The notes beneath the pieces are model-generated. The model made no database searches, was not told where the DNA came from, and was given only the letters and a program-made list of their open reading frames with translations. 64,000 bases of DNA from the NCBI RefSeq assembly GCF_009914755.1, contig NC_060930.1, one strand, 5' to 3'. The DNA is from the human T2T-CHM13v2.0 reference genome, Homo sapiens. Shown in pieces: positions 13,493-27,100 of the stretch (positions within the stretch are counted from its first letter, which is position 1; each line of letters starts with the position of its first letter). The translations under genes were made by a program, and so were the position numbers.

Positions 13493-14617
13493 AAACTGTC
13501 TCTTCCATTGTATGTGCAGTATTTCTCTGTTTCACTGGGATGTTATTTATACACAGTTGCATATTTCTTCTTTTTAAATTCTCACACTTATAATATTTTA
13601 AATACCAAACATGTAATTAAAACTGCTTCTGTTGTCTCTATTAACATGATAAATATGTGTATCCATAATATATACACACGTAGCTATAGATACATAATCT
13701 ACAGTTATATACATAACTGCATTTCTCAAGTGCATGAATGTCTAGATGGGGAGATTAAAGAGAAGGAAGTGGGGAACAACATAAGTCAAGCTAGAGATGG
13801 CTTAATTTTGTGCCATTTGCACCTCTGCACAATCTCAACTTTTTGACCACTATCTCCAGGTCTCAGGAGAGACCTGGCTATCTAAAATATATCCAGGAGA
13901 GACCTGGAGAGACCCAGATATATAAAATATTTACCTCATTGAGAATTATGTATAAGGGTTAACTTCTTAGTCTGTTAACTTCTTAGTCTCTCCCTTTTTA
14001 GAATTTTTCTTTTTCCAAATTATAGATATATTTTGAGCCTACTGATAATTACATTCATATTTCTGTTTCCTGAGCCATGTTATCAAGCATTGCACCCATT
14101 TTGTTCTCCTCTGCCATTTGTTGTGTCTCTTCTCCTTTTCTGGTTGTGGCTCCTGACTGCACTGGCAGGAATATGCACAGCTTTAGCTAATTAATTGCTT
14201 CTGCAGAGCAGTAAAGTATACTTACCTAGAGTGCACTTCCAGAAGGCACTATAGAGTTATTGGAAAAGAGTTATGGATCTTGATTCATAGCTCATATATG
14301 CATATGCACATTAGAATTAGAATTTAGTCTTTAAAAATAGCATGCTAATGACCTCTCAGCAATAAATAGGTCCTGAGACCATTATAAATTTGAGAACTAG
14401 AAAAGGCAGGGATTAATTGTAAAAATAAAATTATAACATATGATTCAGCCATATGTGTTTTTATGTAAAAAGCTTGTTATTTAGAATAGGCTTCCTTTTG
14501 CTTCTGTAACCACTCTAATAAACAGGAATGCATATAATCCTTTTAGTGCAGAGCATATTCTAAGGATACTATCTCAAAACACATTGATGCAATTTGAAAG
14601 TATATTTCAATTTGCTG

Positions 14618-14621
<4 letters not shown>

Positions 14622-14655
<34 letters not shown>
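14622..14655. repeat. (TG)n microsatellite
   Basis: Direct reading. Confidence 0.95.
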
Positions 14656-14658
<3 letters not shown>

Positions 14659-15419
14659 AAAGCAGCAAATACTCAAACTCCCAGCTTGAGACTATCTTAA
14701 ATGCAGTATGTTTTTATTCGTCAATCTAACGCAGCTTTCTTAGGCCAGAAGAGAATATCCTCTCTTTGGCTGACATGTGAAATGTGACAGAGGTATCTTG
14801 TAATGGGCATTTTCCAAGAGCATCACATGGTAGGTTTCTCCCTAGATTTTAAACCTGTTTTCGTGTCTGCTACTCAGTTCCTTTTAGGCTCTTCCAAGTT
14901 CTTCTCTCTGGAGTCTGAAGCAGGCTACAGAACAGGTGGGACATTAGTGTGACAGCTGGGCACCCTTCCTAGAACAGACCCAGCATGGATAACATTATGT
15001 TTGAATCACATATCTCTCTCGTACTCAACCCTCTCTAAGAAAAACACTGGTGTGGGAAGCATGATATCTCATCACTTTGTGGAGACAGTTCTCCTACGTC
15101 TGTCTATATTTATTTCTTTTGTTCCTGCCCTTCCTTTTCACTCCACAGTATTTCCTTTTTTTGACCACATTCCATTATGAGAAACCCTGATTCTCATAGC
15201 ACCTCACTTGGACGGACTCATATGACAGCAGAATAAATGCCAGAAATAGAAGTCTGAGGACCAGATATCTAATTACCACATTACAATAAGAATCTCTCAA
15301 ATGAAACAGAACACAAAAACACTTTGTACTGAAATGTATTTGTTGAGCATTTCTCACAATGAAGCTCTCAAGTTATTGTTTTTTGAATAGCAAGGCCTTA
15401 GGTTGTATTCAATTTCTCT

Positions 15420-15925
15420 GTGTGGTATAGTGGTAAAACATCAGTATGATAATATACTACCCCTGGTTTCAAATCTTCATTCTGCTACTGACTAGATATG
15501 TTTTGTCTTGAACGTACAAATTCCCCAGTTATAATCCAAGAATGATGACTTCACAGGGCAAATGTGTGGATTAAATTAAATCCATCCATTTAGCAAATAT
15601 GTATTGGGCACCTATTTTATGGCAGGCATGTGCATGTAAGTGTTAGAGGTAGAAATGAGAAACAAAGCAAAATCTAGTGAGGGAAATGGGCATATAAGGA
15701 GAGAATGACAGTAGTGTATACCCAGCACTGTTCTAAAAGCATCACATCTACTAACTCATGTAATCCATAATATAACTTTATGAAATCAGTACTACTCTGT
15801 TTATTTATGGAAGAACTGAGGTATGTAGAGTTTTAATAACTTAAGTTTATGTAGTTAGTAAGTGGAAGATCTAGGATAAAAACCTAAGCAGTCTGGTTCC
15901 ACTACCCAACCTCTTAACCACACTA
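15420..15925. mobile_element. Cluster of MIR(+), L2(-) and MIR(-) relics
   Basis: 'gtgtggtatagtggtaaaaca...ttcaaatcttcattctgctac'; 'catttagcaaatatgtattgggcacctatt'; 'gaagaactgaggtatgtagag...ctcttaaccactatt'. Confidence 0.65.
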
Positions 15926-16155
15926 TTAATAATAATGTACTAGAAACAAATAAATGAGAAAGTAAAAGAAGTTTGTTTTAGTAGCTCTTGAGTTAGAGAA
16001 GATGATATAATGTATAATACACTCACTCATTATTCATTTCAATAAATGTTTGTTCCTATTTTTTGGTGTCATTGAGATCACATGTAATATTTTACATTTT
16101 GATGAAAGACATAAAATAATCTAGGCAACTCTATTTCAGCCAATGATTATATGAC

Positions 16156-16294
16156 TTTTTTTTTTGAGACAAGGTCTTACTCTGTCACCCAGGCTGAAGT
16201 GTAGTGGCACAATCATGGCTCACTGCAGCCTCCAATTTCTGGCCTCAAGTGAGCCTTCCAACTCAGCCTCTTGAGTAGCTGGGACTACGGGCAT
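16156..16294 (-). mobile_element. Alu monomer (FRAM/AluJ right arm)
   Basis: T tail plus 'gagacaaggtcttactctgtcacccaggctg...gtagctgggactacgggcatg'. Confidence 0.88.
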
Positions 16295-18463
16295 GGTTCA
16301 TTTGTACATTTCATTAACGTACTCCAGACATGTGCATGTTCCATCTTTGCTTGTATTTTGAGGAGCTATAGGAGAGCCTAGCCGTGGCTAGCAGAGCAAG
16401 TAGTTGGGTTGGTGGACATGGGCAGTGTTGAATAATCTTTTTCAGCCTAAGAAAAATGTTCTACTGCCCTCTGAGCTTCTGAATTTATTTTGAAGGATAA
16501 TTTAATTATAAAAACGGGGAAGGGAACCAGCAACCACCGTAACTACACCATATGTCTTTTGAAGAGCGATATGCCTGGAAATCCAGCGATAAGAAAAGAA
16601 GTCCTTTCCCAAGAAGGGGCCTTCTGAGAGATGAGGAGTGGATGGTAGACTCTCGAGCACAGGTCATCTGTTTGCATCAGCCTCAGAATATCTTAGAGTA
16701 GAATCCTTAGCTGATTGGTCAGGTTTTGCTCTTGCAGGTACTCCTCAAAACATTTTAGCTCCTGTCAGACAAAGATCACAATTTTTTTTGTTTCCTTTTT
16801 AAAGTCTATTCCGTACAGGGATCACTACATTTTGAAAACCTCTTTGGTTATCTGTTCATTCCAGGAATTCTGAGTAACCATTCTGTGAACAGTTGCCCAA
16901 CATATCATGTTTCTGTATTTTACTTCATATGGCATTTCATCTTTATCACTCAGGTTCTATTAAACTTTATTACCTCTTTTTTTAACATTTTCTCTTAGAA
17001 ATTGTTCACAGTCAACTCAATTCTATGGAGCAGTCACCTAGCAAGAGTTCTGCATGTGAGCATATCTTCATTAGAATTGTCAGTTAAAAATCCCTGATTT
17101 CAGGAGAATGCTGAGTGAGAGGCTGGGCTATTGGCTGCCTTAGTTAGGACGTTCATCCACTTGGGGCAGCCGGCCAGTGAGTCTGGCTAGAGTCATTACT
17201 CTAATCAAGAGTACGCAAAATGAACCTGGAGACCAGTCATTCAGGAAAGCAGCCTCATTCTGTTTTTATAATTGGGTGTGAATTTTCAATTGTGTAGTCC
17301 AGAGGAGCACAGGGGGAAGACAGGCTGGAGCACAGAAGCAGCTCCTGGTGTCTAATTAGACAGGTGACCTACAGCAAGTTTCAGATTGGGTTTGTTGCTT
17401 CCCCAGTCCCAGCTTTCCTGTGGAGATATGGCTCAAGTGTAGATGAATGAATGAGGGCCATGCATAGAAGTGATGTTGCTAATTTTACTCTTTGAGTCCT
17501 GCTAGCAGGTGCCACCTGCCTCAACCAAGGACATCTCTTGATGGCTACTGGAGCTCAGCAGCCAGCCTGGAGGCATCCTTCCCCTTCTGGAATTTATGCC
17601 AAATTCCAGATGGTCTCTTATAAAGGCTGACCTCAGTTTCTATGCCAGGGTAAGCTGTGACAAGTCGTGATTGTGCCTGTCATTTGTGACGTTTTATACT
17701 TACACTGAACTTTGTCAATTCTATGGTACAAATTGTCACCGAGCTCTGGTTTAGGAAGCAGGAGAGCTATGAATGACTTATTTTAACCTTATTAATTAGT
17801 CTCTACATACATTGTACCTTCGGCCACACCACTGTCAGCACCTATCTTTCCTTTGCAGTTAAAAGTTTACATCTTGTTTGTATCTTCTCATCTATAGCAG
17901 TCACTGCTATATTCGCTGCTTTTCTTCAGTTAGGCCACTTGTGAGCTTTTGTTCTATTTATCTTATAGACATTTTAGAAAACTAATGAATCTGTTTTTGT
18001 CCAGAGCATGACTTCCAGACTGTCGCCTCTATTCTGGCTATGCTTAACCTCTGACCAAGAGGCACAGGCTGTGTGTATAATTCTTTACATAATGCACTGA
18101 CTTCCAACCTACCTGAATCTTGAACTTGCTTTTACTCCTGCTTTATATTCCTCAAACCCAGTTAAATTCTTCCTTCTGCATCTGGTTATACTTGGATAGA
18201 AACATTACCAGCCAGTGTGAATTGAGTATTCCTCCCACACCTCATCCTAAACTGGCACTGGCAATACCAAAAACCCTTGGCATTTAGCTCATGGCTTTCT
18301 GTCCTGAGAGGCAGTCTTGGAGTGGATTAGACTTGGACAACATTCTGGAGCCATATTCCTGGGGTTTGATTTCCAGCTTTGTCCATTTCTCCAGTTTATT
18401 CTGACTATCACACCTAAGTTCAAACGCCTTTGAATGACTTCTATTGCCCATTAGAAGTTTCAT

Positions 18464-20265
18464 GCAATTTCTATCAAACTACCAACATCATCTTTCACAT
18501 GACTAGAAAAACGATTCCAAAATTCATATGGAACCAAAAAGAAGGCTGAATAACCAAAGCAATCCTAAGCAAAAAGGACCAAGTCGGAGGCATCACATTA
18601 CCCCACTTCAAACTATATCATAAAACTACACTAACCAAACACCATGGCACTGTTACAAAAACAGCATGGTACTGGCACATAAACAGGTTGGAAGTGAATG
18701 CATTGTATAAAGAATTATACACACTGCCTTTGCCTCATGGTTAGGGGCTGAGCACAGCCAGAATAGAGGTTATAGGCTGGAAGTCATGCTCTGGACAAAG
18801 ACACATTTATTCATTTTCTAAAACGTGTAAAAGATCAATGGAACAAAAGCTCACAACTGGCCTAGCGGAAGAAAGGCAACAATGGAACAAAAGAGAGAAC
18901 CCAGTAATAAAGCCATAATCTACAGGCCTCTGATCTTTGAGAAAGTCAACAAAAATAAGCCATGGGGAAAGGACTTCCTATTCAATAAATTTTAATAAAT
19001 GGTGCTGGGAAAACTGGCTAGCCATATGCAAGAGAATAAAAGTGAACTCATGCTTTTCACCATATACAAAAATTAATTCAAAATGGATTAAAGATTTAAA
19101 TGTAAGACCTCAAACTATAAGAATCCTAGAAGAAAACCCAGGAAACATCATTCTAGACATCAGACTTTGGAAATAATTTATTATTACTAAGTCCTCAAAA
19201 GCAATTGCAACAAAAACAAAAATTGACAAGTGGGACCTAATTAAACTAAAGAGCTTCTCCACAGCATAAGAAACTATCAACAGAGTAAACAGACAGCCTA
19301 CAGAATGGGAGAAAATATTCACAAACTATGCACTCAACAAAGATCTAATATCCAGAATCTGTAAGGAACTTAAACAATTTAACAAGTCAAAACAAAATAA
19401 CCCCTTTAAAAATGGGCAAAACACATGCACAGACATTTATCAAAAGAAGATATACTAGCGGCCAACAAATATATGAAAAAATGCTCAACATTACTAACCA
19501 TTAGAGAAATATTGATCAAAACCACAATGAAATACTATCTCACACCAGTCAGGATTGTTATTATTAAAAAGTCAAAAAGCAGTCAATGTTGGTTATGCTG
19601 CAGAGGAAAGAAAACACATATACATTATTGGTGGGAATGTAAATTAGTTCAGCCACGTTGAAAGCAGTTTGGAGATTTCTCAAAGAACTTAAAACACAAG
19701 TACCATTCCAAGTAGCAATACCATTATTGGATATATATCCGAAAGAAAATAAATTTTTCTACCAAAATGACACATGCACTCCTATGTTCACTGCAGCACA
19801 ATTTACAATAGCAAAAACATGGAATCAACCTAGGTGCCCATCAACAGTGGGTTAGATAAAGAAAGTGTGGCACATATATGCCATAAAATACTATGCAGCC
19901 ATTAAAAAATAATACAATTATGTCCTTTGCAGCCACATGGATGTAGCTGGAAGCCATTATCCAAAACAAATTAACATAGGAACAGAAAACAAAATATGGC
20001 ATCTTCTCCCTTATAAGTGGGAGCTAGACACTGGGTGCTCATGGACATAAAGATGGGGACTATAGAGTTGAGAGAGTAGGAAATGGGGAAAGACTGAAAA
20101 ACTAACTACTGGGTACTATTCCCACTACCTGCATAAGAGATTATTTGTATCCCAAACCTCAGCATCACACAACATACCTGTGTAACAAACCTGCACGTGT
20201 ACCCCCTGAATCTAAAAGAGAAGTTGAAATTATTTTAAAAAATAACATTAAAAAATAAAAAGAAA
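18464..20265 (+). mobile_element. 5'-truncated L1 (L1PA16-like): ORF2 C-terminal part, 3'UTR and A tail
   Basis: ORF2 remnants in ORF track ([27 protein letters not shown]); 3' end 'acctgcacgtgtaccccctgaatctaaaa...gttgaaatta'; TSD agaa(g/a)tttcat at 18453-18463 and 20266-20276. Confidence 0.95.
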
Positions 20266-20731
20266 AGAAATTTCATTTTCCCCTGTCATTCTCAAGCCTC
20301 CGCATTAAGCCATTATTTTCCTTCCAAGCGACACAAACCATTTCTTTCCTCCATCTGCCCCTTATGCCAGACCTCTAGGCCACTCACTTTGCTCTCTACA
20401 ACATTTCTATTCGTAAGCTCCTGCCTGAATGGCAGACTCACTCTATAAAAATGCTGCAAGTTCCTTGATTTCCAAGAAATATTTCAAAATCCACTTCTTT
20501 ATGAAATATTATTTTATTCACCCAAGTTTTATTTCTTTCTTCTTTGACCTGTGTACCCCTGTTGTTAACTCACAATAATATACCTTGCATTTTGTTATTC
20601 ATTCATTTTTTTCATTGATCCTTGCTTTCATGGAATATATGTCCTTGATTTATCTTGATACCCAGTTGAATTCAAGGTTCCTTAAATGACTGAGACTATG
20701 TCTCTATCATTTTTGGACCATTTATACTGAC

Positions 20732-21072
20732 TATGTTTGGTCATTTTCCTTAGGAAATAGACTCTGAAATGGAGATTTGCTTGCAGGTAGATGATTTAGT
20801 CCTGTTGGAAACCCATGGAGGGAAGCAGGGTTGTGAAGAAGTAGAACAAAGATGAACTTTCTACAAAAGTTCAGTGATGAACATTGCAGCCAATTCCACA
20901 AGGAACTCTGAAGCTTGGATGGGCGGAGTTGTAACCTCAAAGAAAACAATTCCCCGGGAGATTCCCAAGGACTCAGCCCTTTGCTGTCAGCAGCCCACAC
21001 TTCCAGCAGCTTGAGGAATGAATGTTTCAGTCTTGAAGGGAGGCCGGCACAGCGTGCCATCTCATTCACTAC
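20732..21072 (-). mobile_element. LTR16C-like ERVL solo LTR with internal deletion
   Basis: 'gactctgaaatggagatttgcttgcagg'...'acacttccagcagcttgaggaatgaatgtttcagtcttgaaggg...cactaca'. Confidence 0.75.
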
Positions 21073-21684
21073 ACAAGCATAGAGCCTTATACGTGGCCAA
21101 AGTTCAGTAAATATTTGCTAAAGTATATTTAAAGTGATTCGTGAATGTCTTATAACTTCTGATAAAGTATATTTAAATATCTAAATTATTGTATAATTTA
21201 TTAATGCACCTAATTAGTGCTAGGAACAATTTGCTGAGCTATGACTGTTTCTTGGAGTGACTCTATGTGAGAGTTCTACAAAGAGTCATAGATTTCCCTC
21301 CCCAGCTGAGAGCCATGATTGAGACTCTGTTAGGCTTTAACCTTTCCACAATAGGTATTTGGACACTTATATTTTAAAGTTAAAGTCATTAATATTACCT
21401 ACAACACTTTCTACCCTTCTAAGTTATTTTCAGGTTCCTAACAAAATGTTGACTAAAAAGACAAATCCCTCTGAACCTCATGGCCATAGGAGCCCTGACA
21501 CTCTGTGAAGCATATAACATACGATTAAATAACCCTCTAGCACCATGGGTCCTCCCTGCTCCCCCACCCCCACCGGGCAGGGGAGGATTCAGATTTTATG
21601 GGGCTGAAAAGCTAAACAATTGGGGGTTCTTAGTTTTAAAATGTAATCTAAAACCATTTCCCTTTTGAATATTTTATGAAACAT

Positions 21685-22255
21685 TGTATTTGGGGTCTCT
21701 ACGAACTCCAGGTTTGAGGATATGGCTAGGCAGACATAGGATTCAGCATTTAATTGTACTCACAGTTTCATGGCTATGATTTATTACAGTGAAATGATGC
21801 AAGGCAAAATCAGAAAAGGTAAAAGGTTCATGGGGCAAAGACCAGAGGAGACCAGGCACAAACTTTCAAGAATCATCTCCCAGTGGAGTCACACAGGACA
21901 TGCCTAATTCCTCAAGATTGTGACAGGGATGAAATGTTGCCCACCAGGAAAGCTCAATAGTGACTCAGCGTTCAGGGTTTTTTAAATTTAGAGCTGGTCA
22001 CCCGACACCTTCTGCCTGGCATGTACCAGAATTTCAAACTCTCAGGAGGAGAGCAGGTGTTCAGCATATATTATTTTGTTCGTAAAATTATTTTGTTCGT
22101 AAAAACAGGCACAGTGAGCCAATCTTATCATTTTGGGAATGGTGGGACCTCTCCCAAAATCCACGTTCTCAGATAAACACCAAAGGCCAACCTTGCAATC
22201 AGGCTTTTTCAAGGACAGCACTTTCAGACTTGCTAGGTTAACTCCTTTCTGTGTA
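21685..22255 (-). mobile_element. MER68/MER77-like ERVL solo LTR
   Basis: 'catggctatgatttattacag', 'ctcccagtggagtcacacaggac', 'ggccaaccttgcaatcagg...tgctaggttaactcctttctg'; internal 17-bp tandem duplication at 22071-22104. Confidence 0.85.
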
Positions 22256-22429
22256 TATCTGCACCTTTGCACCCATTACTAGGGGTCCTCCCAGGCAGGG
22301 CCTTGGAAGGGCTGTGCAAGTGAGGGATCCAGATGGTGAGCCTTTATCAGCTCCAGGGTAAGTGCTTCTCTGGTTCCAACCATACTGACACACTTTCAAT
22401 ACCTTAATGCACTTGCTTTGCATGTGCTA

Positions 22430-22770
22430 GTCTTTTGTCTTGAGCTATTCTTGCTCTTTATTCTCTTCTTCACCAAAATCTTAATCCTTGTTTAGCTTTC
22501 AGAGTTACACCCTCTTGGAAGTCCATGGAACTGGTGTTTCTGTTTTATGTTGCTTTCTGCTACGAACCCATACGGAATACGCATATTCCTTATCATAGCA
22601 CTTTACATAGTGCATGGTAATTACTTTAGCATTTTCCCCCATTTCCCCATGAAATCTGAGTTCCTTGAGAACAAAATCTATTTAGTCTTCACGTTTTATT
22701 CATGAGCCTAGCATTATGCTTGACATATAACATACTTACGTTAATATTAGAATAATGAAGGATGAACGTA
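22430..22770 (+). mobile_element. L2 3' fragment
   Basis: 'tgagttccttgagaacaaaa...cctagcattatgcttgacata...aatgaaggatgaa'. Confidence 0.55.
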
Positions 22771-23346
22771 CTTACTAGTTTTGACAAGTGTTACCACAGC
22801 ACTGCAGTTAGTCCTGTGATAGATATTTATTTAAATATCTTGGGTTAAATTGAGGCATGTGTTAACTATCAGTGTTAATAGTATAGTGGTATCAGAGAAA
22901 AACTTCTGTTATTGTCGTTAAGTCTATAAACCTATTGGAAAACTTCTCCTACCAGAACATAATTAGTTAAAACATGAGTAAAAAACAGTCAAAGAGGAGT
23001 TATGTGTCCCAGATAGACTTGCCATTGAAAAGTTGGGTAGATTTTCATGCAACTATATATGCTATAAAAAGACAACTGCTTCTTATTTGGTAACATTGAT
23101 TAATATTATTTTTCAAGTCTGTGCATATAAGCATGATATCTTAATTGACATTAACTAGAGTTAAATTAATTGTATTGTTTTCAGAAATCTCTGAAATCTG
23201 TTACTGAAGTAGGCATTATTAACTTTGTTGTCATTATTTTAAAATGCATTTCAAGATCTGCAATCACCCAAGCCATCCTACTGTGAATTCTAAGGCTCAA
23301 TGATATGTCATACATTGCTTCTATAAAACTTTAGGAAGTATGTTAC

Positions 23347-23809
<463 letters not shown>

Positions 23810-24549
23810 TAGCTGCCTAATGAAGTTGCAGGTGACTGGTCTCTCTGTAAGTCCCAGCATTGGCTATCAGCAAAAATTAGAAAGGAAAACATATTTCTTG
23901 AATCTAGTGCTCATAGTTTTGGTTAGAAATAGTCTACTCTGAAAGAATTTACAACTGAGGAGATGAGAAGAGAATGAGGATTCAGCAGCAACAGCAATAA
24001 AGTTTCCCAGGAGAATGAGTATTAAAAAAGTTGAGGCAGGATGTCCACTGTCTGAGCTGGAAATAGTCTTGCAATTAAGGAGGGTGAAAAGAAGCTTGGC
24101 TTGAGAGAAACGGAAGAGGGAGTTGAGGTGATTGACGTTCCCCAAGGACCCTCTTCATTTGTGTTTGTTTCAAGGCTTTTTCTGGTGACATAGATAATTA
24201 CTGGATTGAAGGTCTCTATTTTGCTAGGCTGTTTATGAGGAGATTACTAAACAAAAGATAAGAGAAAGTCAAGAGCTGATGAAGGAAAGTAATCTAGCCT
24301 GTCTTGCTCTCTGCTTTAGATGGAACACGTGAGGGTGAAAAACAGATCATTGATTCCAGTTGATGTTTATAATATAGAAATAGCAGAGTTATCCTCCTTT
24401 ACAGAAATTTCTTAAATCCATTAGTACCTTACTTAGGTGGACTTGTTCTTGTTTATGAGATTGTTCACATGAGTTTGCGGTCAAGAAAGGTGAGCCTTCT
24501 GCTTTTAGGCTTAATATTTGCAAATCCCTGTGAAATTTAAGAGCATAAA

Positions 24550-24720
24550 TCTGTAGTGCAGAGATCTGGAGTCACGCCCAGGCTCTCCTGTCTGCCAGTT
24601 CTGTGAGCTCATATAGGTTTTACAATCCCTCATGCCTGGTTTTCTCCATTGTAAATGGGCAATTATAAACACTGTCTCAGTTTGTAACCTGAGGTATATG
24701 TATTTAATGAAGTAAATTTA
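24550..24720 (+). mobile_element. MIR SINE
   Basis: 'tctggagtcacgcccaggctc...tgcctggttttctccattgtaaatggg'. Confidence 0.6.
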
Positions 24721-25391
24721 ATGAAGTAGATGCTGAATAGGCACTTTATAACTATTTTTTAGATGAATGTATATAAAGCACTTACTGCATAATGCACTTT
24801 GTAAATTCGAAATAACAGTAGTTACCATCTGCCATGTTAAATGAAATATACTTGAGACATCTTGAACTTTTTCTTGATAAACCAAGGCCATCATTCTGAG
24901 CATCAGTTACTGTTTTGTGCTGTAGCACAATCAGGAGCCTCCTGTATTGCTGGAATACATTAGGACAATTTGTATGTAAGCATGCACGTGAACCACTCCC
25001 ACACATACCCAGTGGCTTTTAAAGTCTTTAAATCTTTTTCCATTATTATTCTAATTTTCATACATGTATTTTATTTTTGTCAGTGTTTTTACATCCGTTT
25101 TCTCACTCTTCTAATAATTTGCTCTGTATGAGCTGCTGTTAGCTCTGAAACCATTTGAGAGACTTGATAGAAATGTGAATTAGCTCAGAAGGAGCAACTT
25201 CACTGGAAGAAGGTAAGGTTTCATGCACAGTCCTGGCGACATCTACTTGATTCTCCCTGTGGCCTTTTAAAATTACTGATCCCTGGGTTTAAAAAATTTT
25301 ATCAATGCAGCAGCCAAGTAAAGTACAATTTAAAAGTTTAGTTTTTCTCACTGGCAATGTGAATTGCCATATGCCAAATTTTTAAATTCTT

Positions 25392-25656
25392 TTTTTTTTT
25401 TGGAGACAGAGTCTGCAAACATGGCTTACTGCAGACTTGATCTCCTGGGCTCAAGGAATCCTCTAGCCTCAGCCTGCCTCCCTTGTGGGACCATAGATGC
25501 TCACCACCACACCCAGCTATTTTTTTTTTATTTTTTGTGGAGTTGAAGGCTTCACTTTGTTGCCAAAGCCAGTCTCAAACTCCTGGGTTCAAGTGATCCT
25601 ACTGCTTTGGCCTCCCAAAGTGCTGGGATTACAGGCGTGAATGACAGTGCCTGACC
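25392..25656 (-). mobile_element. AluJ with about 30-bp right-arm deletion
   Basis: Exact 17-bp TSD caaatttttaaattctt on both sides; AluJ-type 'ctcctgggctcaagg'. Confidence 0.92.
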
Positions 25657-26109
25657 CAAATTTTTAAATTCTTAATTCATTTATATGCATTATGAAAAAC
25701 TAAAAGTTTAGGGAATTATTTAAAATACCTTAGCATTGAGGCTGATTTTTCTTTTATTTTGCATTCTACTCCACATGACAATGAATTGTATTTTTGCCTC
25801 AGTCCTCATAATTTCATTTTCATTTAGGATATGTATTGTGGGAATAAAGTATAGTTCATTTATTGTCAGGTTTGTAGCATGGAACTTTCTAAAATGGGTC
25901 TAAGTACAGATTTTGAAGGTGTGAATTAATAAAATTTTTCTAGAGAAGCATTTCATTTCCATATGTAATGTAGTGTTTCTGCATGAATGGACTATTCTTT
26001 GTATTTTTAGATTTTACAGTTGTTGCTTTTCATCAAGATTTGGCCTAGCTGAAAATAATCCCTCAAAGATTTACTGTGCAGTAGTGGAAGTTAAATCTAT
26101 TTTTAAATC

Positions 26110-26350
26110 AACAAGTGCTTATTAAAATGCCAACTTTGTACTAGGCACTGCTGTTAACATTTTACAAATATTAACCCATTGACTCTTATAACCCTTTGAG
26201 ATGGATGCTATTATTGAGCTCATTTTACAGATAAGGAAATTGCAATATAGAGAGGTTAAGTAATATGACCAAAGTCACACAGCTAATAAAGGGCAGAACA
26301 GAATTTGAATGCAGGCAGTGTAATACCACAGTCTATGAACTTAATCAAAC
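26110..26350 (-). mobile_element. MIR SINE
   Basis: 'cattttacagataaggaaattg...agaggttaagtaatatgaccaaagtcacacagctaataaagggcaga'. Confidence 0.8.
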
Positions 26351-26539
26351 CTGAGAATTGTCTGCATCAAATAGCAAATTGAAGAACTCTTTATCTCTAC
26401 ATTTTGTAATCCTAGTTTAAAGAAGTTCTCTTGATTATATTTAATTACTATAACATTAAATATTTTCACCAGTTTTGAAAATAGGGTTTTTATGTTACCT
26501 AAGACATATTAAGTGAACAAGCCAAAAATGGCTATGTCG

Positions 26540-26543
<4 letters not shown>

Positions 26544-26584
<41 letters not shown>
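26544..26584. repeat. (TG)n microsatellite
   Basis: Direct reading, about 20 units. Confidence 0.95.
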
Positions 26585-26585
<1 letters not shown>

Positions 26586-26796
26586 GCAATTATATAGCAA
26601 GTAAAATGGAGATTTTGTTTATTTTTAAATAGTAGATTATTGGTTTAAATCTTATATTTCCAATATAGTTATTTCATTATTTCTTAAGTTATTGAAAATG
26701 CTGGATTATTTTTCTTCTTCCTCTTACTATTTGTTCTTATTTCCTTATTACCTGTATGTGTCTTTACTAGTCATTATCAGTGGGGGCAAAGAAAAT

Positions 26797-27100
<304 letters not shown>

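Larger units (their letters stand above)
17990..21125 (+). mobile_element. Degenerate L2, split by a MIR (about 18305-18395), an L1 and an LTR16C
   Basis: L2-like sequence reads through across the L1 TSD ('ttcaaacgcctttgaatgacttctattgccc|...tcattctcaagcctcc') and ends at 'ttcagtaaatatttgctaaa' after the LTR. Confidence 0.55.

Noticed and set aside
14218-14230. U1 snRNA 5' end-like 'atacttacct'
   Set aside because: The match stops after 10 nt. It is equally just a minus-strand donor consensus, as at 11279, 43416 and 43567, with no supportable exon.
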